A stretch of DNA of 64,000 nucleotides. It comes from Klebsormidium nitens. Lineage: Eukaryota > Plantae > Klebsormidiophyceae. The notes beneath the pieces were generated by a model. The model was given only the letters and a program-made list of their open reading frames with translations. It had not been told where the DNA came from and made no database searches. The stretch lies in assembly GCA_000708835.1 (NCBI GenBank), contig DF237395.1, forward strand, positions 12,380 through 76,379. Direction: 5' to 3'. Below are positions 15,494 to 26,600 of the stretch, one piece after another (the stretch's first letter is position 1; each line of letters begins with the position of its first letter). The translations under genes and the position numbers were made by a program.

Positions 15494-16443
15494 TCTTGCG
15501 ATGGGTGGGGAAGCAACTCAAATAGCGAACCTCGGAGGTTCGCTAGGATCTGTATATATAACTGACAGTTTACACTAGAAGGGGCCGCCCACGTTGGGTT
15601 TTAAAACACCTGCTTAAATCCTTGAAATTGCGCAGAAAGTTTACAGCAAACTCGTTAAGCTTTAAACGTTCCTGACTTTCATTGTTTCAACCTGCATGGC
15701 AGGGTAGTCCTAGTTGGCTGTTGACCATTCTTCTCCGGTCCGTATCGCTTTGTGTAAGCGCTTATAAGCGTTTATTCGACAGAATATGAGGAATTTCTCT
15801 TAATGTTCTATGGTCACCTAGGTCCTCTTCGATCGTGGGACTCGCATTCCATTCTCGATTGCACGATGGTCCTAGAATTCAGATGCTCCCCGGTATCCGT
15901 CTTTTAATCAATACCTGCTCGATATATCTGCATAGAACGTGAAGAACCAAGATCTGAGATCAGGTTCAAGGAGGAAGAGCTGAGCTGCTTTGGCAGTGCT
16001 GTAGAATTGCATAGCACAAGCCTAAAAGGAACGTGCATGCAGAGCCGCACGTACTTGTGTAGTTCAGGTGACGAGTTGAGCAGACTTTCTGGAAGCTCCT
16101 TCGCTTTTCTTACCTGCATTGTGCTCCTTAGGTGGACTCATCCCGCATTGCAAGACTTTGCATCAGCGTCGGCCTGAGAGTGGGCGTCGCAAGCCCGAGG
16201 TGATTGCGCCTGCATTTTAGTCCTCCTGGACAAGGATCCTAAGCATTCTCGTAGGCTGCGTTACAAGACGGCTGCTTGCTTTACAAGTACACCTGCAATG
16301 CTGCAACTTGTAAAGTATGCAGCTTGAGCAACAAGACTTGTTATGTTTGTATGTTTGAGTACATCTCTTTCAAAACGAGCTTTCCATTCCACTTGTCTTC
16401 GCTCCACGTGTGTTTGCATTTCTGTTTGCTGTATGCCACTCAT

Positions 16444-16482
16444 CAAGTCCTTGATTCAATGCAAGTCCTTGATTCAATGCAA
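16444..16482. repeat. Perfect 18-bp tandem duplication upstream of the thioredoxin ATG
   Basis: CAAGTCCTTGATTCAATG twice (16444-16461, 16462-16479), then CAA. Confidence 0.9.
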
Positions 16483-16626
16483 TACTGGTTCGCTAGGCCC
16501 AAAGAATCAAGTAACCTGCCTGAAAGAACACAGGCCATGAACGCAGTCTATATCTATACTGAACAGCTTTGCAAAAACTCAAGGGTTGTTGGATTTTCGC
16601 AGCCAACCCCAGCATCGGCGTCCTCA

Positions 16627-19267
16627 ATGGCTACCAGTACATGTGGCGCTTGTCACGTCCGGCCACTCAAGGGTCTACATCCTACACGCTTTGCTGCTCA
16701 AAATGACAACCCTGTGACAGCTCAAACTTTGTCGTGTAGACTAGGGCGGGCGAAGGCAGACATGACCCCTTTGGCCAAAACTGAGATTACTAGGATTAGG
16801 TTAAAAGCGCAGTTTGTTTGTGAAGAAAGTGTTGGTCCAGCAGGCGGTTGCGGAAGCAGTCACAGGTTTAGCAGTTCAACAGGGCTGTGGGGTAAGAGAT
16901 CACTGAAAGGGGGGTCACTAGGAGTAGAAAGCCTTCCAGTAAGAAGGAGTCAGCGTGCCATGGCTTTGTTTGGACTTGGGAGCGAGGCCCCACCTGAGAG
17001 CATCCCCCTGACGCCAATCAAGACAGAGGAGGACCTCGACGCTGCGCTGCAAACAGCGGAGGAGGAGGGACATGCGCTCCTTATTGACTGGTGAGTAGTG
17101 GTCGAGTTGACTGCTAGCACAAGTACTGGAACGTGTGACATTTTCTGGATAATCTGGAACATGGATAATCGTAGAACGACGAACAAAAATCCTGAATCGC
17201 TGTCAATCGAGTGGGCAATTCTCAGAGTTCAAATCCTGAAGAAAGCTGGGCATCTGTTTTCAAATGATTAAGAAGGGTTTCCGTCTAGCTAGACCGCTTG
17301 AAGTGGCACTAGATAAGTTGTTGCCGAGCGGGTATGCGTCTCAAGGAGGTCGGACAATCAGCACAAAGACAAGGACGGGAGCTTGTCACTTGGCTGCAGC
17401 CCAAAGACCAACACAAAATGCCCAACCATGACATAACATGTGCCTGCTAGTTTGATTGTTTGTGGTCTTGTTGAGGACAATTTTCGAAGATGCAGAATAT
17501 TGAGGGGCATGTGGAAACAAGCGGAGAGAAGGGAGTGCTTCCTGCTGCCTTTCTAAGTTTCTTCAAGGGCTCCCTTTTCCCATACCTCTTAGTGTCAAAG
17601 TCCTGTCTTCGCCCTTTGACACCAGAGTACAATTACTCTCTTCACCTTTCGCAGGATGGCCACCTGGTGTAGAAAGTGTATATACCTCCTCCCAAAGATG
17701 GAGAAACTGTCCGCCGAGTTTCACGAGTGAGTCCCCAAGAACTTCTCTTTGGTTCGAAATTTTCACACAGAGAGTAAAGTACGAGAAAGTAAATCACCTC
17801 CCTCTGCTACATCATTCCGTACTGCTCGAGGCTACCATAGGGAGCTGACATAAGACGGACTGGTTGCTCTTGTCCGATAGAAGCCGGCTGAATCTCACTT
17901 TTCTGTGCGCAAGCAGCTATCTCTAAACTTGTTTGCAACAGAGACCTACCCAGAACAACTTCCGAAGGTCACCTGATGTTCTGAAAGGCCACAAATCAAG
18001 CTGAATCTAACCTTCTCTTCTCGAGAAGTTTTACTCGAACTGCTGTCCTTATGTGGCTGGGACCAATGAGCCGGTGCGCTCGATCGTGAATGAGAGTCCA
18101 GTTTTCAAGTCAGCATAGCACCATGTTGCATTAACGTGCCATATGTGACCGTGCCTTTCAACCGTTTGGTCCAGCAACATCTTGCGCTTCACTGGAGGTG
18201 CAACGGATTTGTTGGAAGTTTTCGAATCTTCCTAAGAACGGGCCATTCCAACCCAGGTTCCCTACGAGTGAACACCGTCGCTTTGTGTAATGCAGTGTCA
18301 GGTTCTACATGGTCAACGTCAACGAAGTGCCTGGAGCGCTCGTCAAGCGGGGCGGCATCCAAGTAAGTTGCAGTTCATTCCACCATCTTGAACGGCTGTA
18401 ACGCACTTCTGTGTATCCACTCAGAAGAATTTTCCAACCGTTTCGTTACTTGGTGCTGCACCCATCCACCAGTCCATCTCGATACTGACAGGACGGCATA
18501 TGAAACCACATGTGCTCGTTTTTTGCAGCGATTTGCACCTTATTGACTTGCGTATGCAGAAAGTGTAAAACTTAATGTCAGTTCTTGAGAGCCTCGCATC
18601 TTGCAAGTAGTCAACATCCTAGTAGATTCCGGAACAACCCCTGTTGGATCAAACTGCCTCAGTTACAATAATTGCTGGTGGATCAGAAGGCATCTGCGTA
18701 GAAGCTGATAATCTGAGCAGTTGCTGTTAACCGGGTGCTTGCTCGCGGTCTGTCTGCGTGCACAATTCTACGAATGTCTTGCCCCTTCGGATGCTGATTG
18801 GCTTTGCTGTCCTCCTTGTCCGCTTGTGCAGAAGATGCCGACCATTCAGGTAAGAGTTCATTCAAGTCTTTGCGACTTCCCGTCGACAGTAGCTTTCGTG
18901 ACCTTTTCCGTAACTAATGAGGGGCAATGTACACAGTCAGAACCCTGAGTCCTTCGGGTATTCGGTCTCAAATGTATCGTGTTTGTGTTGTCTAACTCGA
19001 CTTGAAAGTCAAGTTGCTCTGTATACGTCCCCCCATAATATTGCAGTCTAGTCGTGGATTGCGCAGCCTTTTCTCATCGGAAATTGACGCATTTAGAGAC
19101 AGTGATTCGTTTCAAGAAGCTTACGTGAAGCCGTTATGCTGCTGCAGCTTTGGAAGAACAAAGAGAGGGTAGGGGAAGTTATCGGGGGCCATAAGGCCTG
19201 GATGGTCATGGACGAGATCCGGGATATGATCAAGACGGATGGGGTTCAAGGGGCTGGTTCGAGTTGA
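16627..19267 (+). CDS. WCRKC1: Chloroplast atypical thioredoxin, WCRKC type (thioredoxin-like 3), 246 aa with long transit-peptide-like N-terminus
   Basis: Exons 16627-17090, 17655-17726, 18296-18362, 18832-18849 (18 nt), 19148-19267. Translation [85 protein letters not shown] carries the diagnostic WCRKC site. Which paralogue (WCRKC1 or 2) is uncertain. Confidence 0.93.
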
Positions 19268-20624
19268 TTACTCAGGAGTTGCTGTCAGAAAAGGTGGTCA
19301 TTTCTTGTGTGTTGGTGACTTGTGTATGGCTGGCCTGTAAGTAAGCTATTCAAGGTAACGGCTGTTGGGCCGTCGGCAATCTGGCTAGGTGTTGTTTCCG
19401 GTCCGATTCTTGTCTCGTGCCTTGCAGCCTTAGGAAGCTGCAGGGTCAACAAACGTTCAAATCCGGGCTTTGTCGGAGGTTCCGTGCTCCATGACATGGC
19501 TTTAAGTTGACTAAGGTAACTTAGCTTTCGTCAAGATTCGAAAACGAAAGGTCATCATCAATGTTGCATGGGCCTAGTAAATATTGCCAGCCGTCTGCCT
19601 TCAGGCTTTGATTTACAGACAATGTCTGATCGAGGAACTTGTCTCACATGCGCAATCTGTATGGAGCATGTCTTGTACCTTGCCAAACGGCATGACCCCT
19701 ACATAATGATTGAACTGCACTACAGATTCGGAATGGCGCACAGGCTTGTGAAATTGTCAGCTGCCCATGCAGACCCATCAACGATCATCGAACTGTACTA
19801 GCGGACCAGACCTAAAGTTGAGTATGATCGAAGATATTCAAATCAATTCTGAGTTGCGATTTGTCACCATGCGAAGCAGCTTAAGCGCCTTGCCGGCCGG
19901 CATGCTTGTTAAGCACCCATGAGAGGCAACGTATCCCTGCACCTGCAAGGGCCGCCTGGCGCCAGCTCCGGAATTGTACTGCATGATATATCGAGATTGT
20001 TTGATGACCAACCGAACCATGTGCACTGACTCTGCATGCAACATTTCTTTATCAACATGATTGATCCGCGGAGCATGAGCATGCAACGTTTGAACGGAAG
20101 CGCAGTACGGACAAGGCGGCAGTGATGGACGTACTAGCTCGTGCCAGCTCGAACACTGTTAAGTACATTTTAAGTAGTACGGTATGCAACGTTTCATTGA
20201 GTATTTTATTACAGTAAAAGGCTCGGCGTCCGCCCCGCCATGCAGTCATGCAAAGCCTCAAATGCAGGTAATTCACAAGCTGTTCAAATGCACATATGCA
20301 ACCATGTGCGCTGCACCGAAAAATTCTTAGATAGCAACGCGTACGGTACCGTACGGTACCATTACACTGAATGATGGGTATGGTAGCCAGCTTGAAGCAG
20401 AATATCGAACATTAGCATGACGTCAATGTTGAATCGTTGTAAGTATTTGAGTCCCTCATTGTATTATACTCCCTTGCATGTAATGTCGATCAGCAATGTA
20501 CAGTCCCGAGTCAGCAATCGCTGACTTTGCTCTACTTTCGCGTGCGCCGTGCTCTTCTACCATATCTCTAGGTACGTACAGTGTCCCGTCAACAATCACC
20601 ACATGCATCACGGTTACCTAGCCT

Positions 20625-23600
20625 TCACAACCACACGGGCCGTCCAAAGTTTTTGAAAGTCCGGATCTCTCCCTGGTAGTTCGCCGTCACAATAACGAGC
20701 CCCACAGCAGCGGCTGATGCCACCGCCGCCTCGGCAGCCGCCGACGCTTCACTATTCGCCGTGGGCGCACTCTCTTTCTCTTTTTCACTTTCTTGTTGCG
20801 GCTCCGCCCACGGCCCCGGACCGTTCCGCCCCCCCGCCACTTCCTCCGACGCCTTCGCTTCGCCCCGGGCCCCCAACGCCTCCTTCGGCCAACTCCCGGG
20901 GGGTACCTCCCGGGCACCTCTCCCAGGCACTCGGACCCCCCCCGCGCTGGTGATTTCCCCCCGGGCCGCGACGCTCCCGCCACTGTTCGCCCGGCTTCGG
21001 CTCTTGCTTTGGCTGCCGTCGGAGTCGGACCCCCCTCCCTTGGGACCCCCCCACGCGACGGCGACGTTGACGCCGCTGCTGTAGAAGTACTCGCACGACT
21101 GGTGGTGGTCGCGCCGGAAGCCGCCGTAGGGGGGGACGTACGAGTTGGCGGCGTTCCAGACGTAGACGAAGCCGTCCTCCGAGGGGCAGATGAGGAAGTC
21201 GCCCGAGGCGCTGAATGTGGCGACCTTCTGGCTGTTGGCGTTGGCGTGACCTGGCCGGAAAGGAGACAGTGTTAGCCTCCCAACAAGAGAATCGCTTCTC
21301 CAACGTTTTCTCCGTGACCCCTGAGCAGATGAGGAAAGTCGCTGAAACCTCGTTAGGTGATTTTGCCCGAGCAGTGAATGAGAAGACTACGGTTTGAAAA
21401 GGGTTTGGAGGAAATATTAACGTCGTGATTGCTTCCTTCCGAAGAGCAAAACTCACTTACAGGTGCTCTAAAACTCTAGTAAACGGGCAAGACGTGTCTC
21501 TTTCTTTATGCCTTCTCTGCGCCTAAGGTAGAGGCTGATGTCAGCCACTAACGGCGACGGCGCCACGTTCTTGACGGCCAAGATTGAAGACGTCATTCTT
21601 TCGGACCAGAACATCGTCCTTCAAAAGGTGCGCTCCCCACCTCGATACTTGCACTGGAGCTTCATCCCGTCGTACACCTAAAGCCGCCAGTCGGCTGACG
21701 TGTGCTACATCACCCCCAACTCGATAGACGACGTCAGCATCCGAATCCTCGCAAACACCCACCTCGATACTTGCACTGCAGCTTCATCCCGTCGTACACA
21801 CGGAGCAGCAAGTCATTTGACGTCAGCATATCTCGTGCTGACATCAGCTCAACTCCCGAATAAAGAGACCAAAAAACATCGTAAAATACGACACCCACCT
21901 CGGTACTTGCACTGCAGCTTCATCCCGTCGTACACCCGGAGCCGCGAGTCGTTTGACGTCACCAGGATCTTGCGGGGATCCCCCGGCATGCACTGGACGC
22001 CCGTGACCTTCTTCCCCTGCGCGTTCTTGCCACGTGTGCTGCGGACGTCCAGCGTGCCGTCCAGCTGCAGCATGTGCTGCCGCGTCGTGTAGAAGCGACA
22101 CGTGCCCTCGTACGAACCCACGATTGCGCCCTGCATGCCAGAGACAGGTGTCGAATGATCAGTTTCCATGCTTTAGAGCTAGATTCCGTGCCTCCACTGT
22201 TGTCGTTTTGTTGGTCGTATCGGCTCTTTCTTGCGCCCTGCAAGGCACGTGCTTTTGCGGAAGGCTCCAGGATCCGCTCAAGTACCTCGTCAAGGGGAGC
22301 ACAAGTTTGTTGACGATCAGTATTAGACGATCGGCGGCTAGGCATTGACTGACGGTACTTGGCACTGTGCAGTGTACAGCTGGCGAGAAGCTAGAATCGG
22401 GTCAAGACTAAAGCGTAAGAGCTCGAAACGGCAAATGGCAAGTTGCCGCGTCTCTTCACAAGTAGGTGTGGCAGCTCACACCCACATACGCCGGCTCGTG
22501 CAACATCCTTTTGCTGGATCGAACTCACTTTCAGGCATTGCATGTGCAGGATATGCAGGCTAAGTCAATCATAAAGCGCCTGGTGTGGAACGGTACAGAG
22601 GAACAGGAACAGAGGAATAGGAAAATTGCAGAGGGAAGCAATGCCGCTATGCGGAGCGGATCCTGGTAACTGATACTAGTTCGGCTGAAGGGGCCTGTGC
22701 TTTCGGCGATGGGCTAAAAGAGAAAAGGCGCACGTGAACCTGGCAACGTCTCTTTAGTGCCTGATGCGTGTTCTACATGGGATTCTCACGCTGCCATCGG
22801 CGGTGTAGGTGCACGCGGTGACCATCTCACGCGCATCGTACCATTACAAAACTCGGTTCTGACGGAACACTCGTCAAAAATCGAAGACAATCGTTCTTTT
22901 GAAACAGTGACCTGAAACCCTGGAACCCCAAAGACCCACTTCAAAAGCAATACAAACGTCACAGAAACTTACGCTGCCGTCGGCGGTGTAGGTGCACGCG
23001 GTGACCATCTCACGCGCATCGGTCCAGTCCACGACGCGGTGCTCCGGAATGTTCCAGATACGAATCTTGTTGTCCAGGCTGCCGCTCAGAAAGTACTTGT
23101 CGTCCACAGGGTTAAAGTCGAGGCACCTGGAATATACACAAAAGAGCTTAGGCTTTGCCACTCTCAGAGGTCAAAGATCTCTCAACAATCAGAGGCCAAA
23201 TGCGGGCTTCGTTTGTGCAGGCGTCAGATCCGATTGTATGTGGAACGCAAGGGATCTCAGTTCTTCCCAAGCTGTCGTCGTCGAAAGACGTCTCGTCGAC
23301 CGATTGAAGTGGAGGCACATGATGAGGAAGAATGCCACGAAGATTGCAGATCACCTTCGTGGCAATCGCGTATGCAGACGTGCTCACTCATCGGTTTGAA
23401 ATGTAACGCAATCGGAACATCCCTCTGAAGGTCGGAACAGGGACAGAGCCGACTCACAAAGTCGTTGTGCGGGAAAATGCGCACTCGTTCATGTATATGA
23501 ATGGTTCAAAGAGCAACGCATCAAAGGAAACGCTTCCCTGAAGGTCCGAACGAGAACTAGAGTTGACTCACGTCACAAAGTCGCTGTGTGGGCACTCATC

Positions 23601-26600
23601 CATGTTTTTGATTGGTCCAGAAGGCAGCGGAAGCACGGGAAGGACTTCTCTGAAGGTCGGAACGAGAAAATGAAACGACTCACGTCGTACAGTCGCTCTG
23701 CGAGAACTCGCACAGGCACTCGTCCATGTAGTGAATGGTAGATAGAGCAACGTATCAGAGGGAAACGCTTCTCTGAAGGTCCGAACGGGAACAAAATCCG
23801 CCTCACGTCAAAAAGTCGCTGTGCGAGATAGCACGCAGGCACTCGTCCATCCGATTGAGTGGTCCAAAGAGCAACGTATTAGAGGAAAAGGCTTCTCTGA
23901 AGGTCAGAACGGGAACAAAATCCGCCTCACGTCCCAAAGTCGCTGTGCGGGAACACGTGCAGGCACTCGTCCATCCGATTGAGTGGTCCAAAGAGCTACG
24001 TAACAAAGGAAAAGGAAACGTCTCTGAAGGTAAAAACGGAGACTTGAATTCGACTCACGTGACAAAGTCGCTGTGCGGGAACACGCGCAGGCACTCGTCC
24101 ACGTGCAAAAGCAACGGTCACCAAAGAAACCGGTTTTCTGAAGATATGAACAAGAAGAAGAGTCGACTCACGTGACAAAGTCACTGTGCGGGAACACGCG
24201 CAGGCACTCGTCCATGCTGACGTGCCAGAGGCGCACCGTCGTGTCCATACTGGAGCTGAGCAGAAACTGCGTGTTCTTGGACCAGGACACCTCCAGGACG
24301 TCCGACGAGTGCCCGCGGAGCGTCCGGTATGCCACGTCAGCAAGCCAGAAGCTGGCGCCCCAACTGGTGGAGCGGTCCCGGCCCCCCGCGCGGGTGACGT
24401 CATCGGGGGCGTCGTCGGAAGCGGCGGCGGTGGGGATGCCGGCGGCGGAGACGAGCTCGTCGAAGTCGCCGCTCGCCTGATGAGAAACGGATGAGAGTGA
24501 GTTTTGAATGTGCGCGTGACTCTTGGACGGCGTCAGCTGCTAGAACGCACAAGACTTCGACGGAGAACGGGTGTTCAGCGAGCTTGGGCTGCATAGTTAA
24601 TGCCCCGTGAAAGTAGACCCGACTTGTGAATACACACGTGAACTTGTTATCATCGAAGGAGCGATGATAATTGCCCGGTGCTGTAAGGTGAATAGGAGTT
24701 TTGAATAGGTCTACGAGGCTCAAGTTGGTTCTTAGTTGCCGATCTGAGTCTGTAAAGCCTGATGTGCGCCGTTCAGAGTCCAAACACCTGAGACACCGAA
24801 TCTTACGCGAATGCTTCAGATACTCACAGGCACTCGGGTCCAGGATTCGGTCACTCGAAAGTCTTGGTGTTCTGAGTTTTCCAAGGGCGACAGAAAGCAA
24901 AGACGACGGAGTACGGGAAAGCTGCCGCACCTGAAGCGGGGTCGGGGGAAGCTTGTCGACCACTTCCCACACCTTGACCAAGCCGTCCTTGCCTCCGGTT
25001 ACCAGGAACCGGCCGTCGGAGTTGAATTTCATGCACCTGGAAGCACGGGCGAAAGGTAATTTGGTCGTGAGTCTGACCGGACGAAGTGGCATACCGCAGA
25101 AAGTGTGCACATTTCCAGTTCCGAGCCCCCGGTTGCGAGGAACCGACAGTCCGAGTTGACCTTTATGCACCTGAGAGCCTGGGCATCACGTTCATCAGGT
25201 TGGTCTTACTGGGACAACTTGGCATGCCCTAAAATGTGTGCAGGTTCTCAGGCCCGGCCAAACGAGCCCCGGAAACTGACCGTCTAAGAAAGACTTATCT
25301 GCTTGAGAGTACGAGCGAAAGCAAAGTCGATGGAGAGACCGACCGCATATGAACCTGACTTGTGCGTACTCTTTCAGTCCCAGCTAACCGAGGCTCGAGA
25401 GTATCAGCAAAAGTCTCCGGAAGGCAGATTGACCCAGGAGGCCGCCAGCCGAGCTTCGAAGTTCGCATGGCCGGACAGAATCCTTCAGTTGTTACGCCGC
25501 TCGATTTTAAACCAGTGTAGAACCTCACCAGATCGGCCCTTCGTGCGCCTTGATCTCCTGCCCCACCCGCACGTCCGTCAGCTCCTTGAACGCCTTCCGT
25601 TGCACGTGCACTTTCACGGACCCCTTCCCGTTCGGACCGGCCTCATACCCGGGACCGTACCCCGCGATTCGGGCGTCCGTGAAGCCCCGCCCGTGCACGA
25701 ATGGTCGCCGGTCGGTGTCGCTGCCACTGCCGCTGTCGTCTCGCTGAAGCTTGCTGGAGAGTCAGAGTCAAAGGTGAGACTTGAGAAGAGTAACACCAGG
25801 GAGGACGCTGTGACAGGAACATTGGAAGCGTAGATTCTTCGGAACCCTTCAGACCTCGACAACACTATTACCCTGAAGGTTCAATCCACGATGGCAGAAG
25901 CAACAAATTACGAAAGTATTATGCGGAAGGACTCGATCTGCTTTGCTATGAGGGGCAGCGCGTGAGAAAGAAGGCTTCAGCCTCGAGGCTTTCAATTTCC
26001 CAAGCAGAAGGCGTACTGTGATTCAAGCAGCTTGAACTGATCCCGCACCATTATTCACTCAATTGGACTCAAACAAGAACAACCTCATGATGGTCGCCAA
26101 GAGCAGTGCAACGGCGCCTCCTTCAAAACGAGAATCTCAGTGGAACGCTGATGCATCCCGGAGTGCAGTGCAACGTTTCATTCCGAAGGCAGTGTAATAA
26201 AGCAGAAAGAAGGACTCAGCACGACGAGCAAGCGAGGCTCACCGCCTCCCCTTCTCGTAGTACGCTGCTCCCTTCTTCACCGCCTTGTTCAGCCAGTTCT
26301 TCTTCTTCTTTTCTCGCCCCCCCCCCGGACCTGGGTCGCTTTCTGACTCTGGCCTGGCCCCCGGACTGAGGAACTCCTCTTCGCCCCCTTCCGCTAACCA
26401 TTCCCGCCGTTGCACCTCTCTCGAAACCGGGGACAGCCCTAGCGTTTCTTCGACCTCGTCGATCGAAAGTTCCTTGCCCGAGTTGACGTCGATTACTCTG
26501 TTTCCCAGGCTCTGCTCGAGAAAGAACTCCTTTCCGGTGTCGAGGTTCTTGATCCGGTAGACCACATCGCCAGTCGGGCTGACGGGAAGGCCCCCCTCGG

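Noticed and set aside
20340-20360. Palindromic CGTACGGTACCGTACGGTACC resembling joined MITE termini
   Set aside because: It is too short and lies in a GTAC-rich block, so it cannot be distinguished from simple slippage.
23450-24171. CRISPR-like appearance of the regularly spaced repeat array
   Set aside because: The context is eukaryotic, the repeats are copies of an adjacent exon end, the spacers are mutually similar rather than unique, and there are no cas genes.
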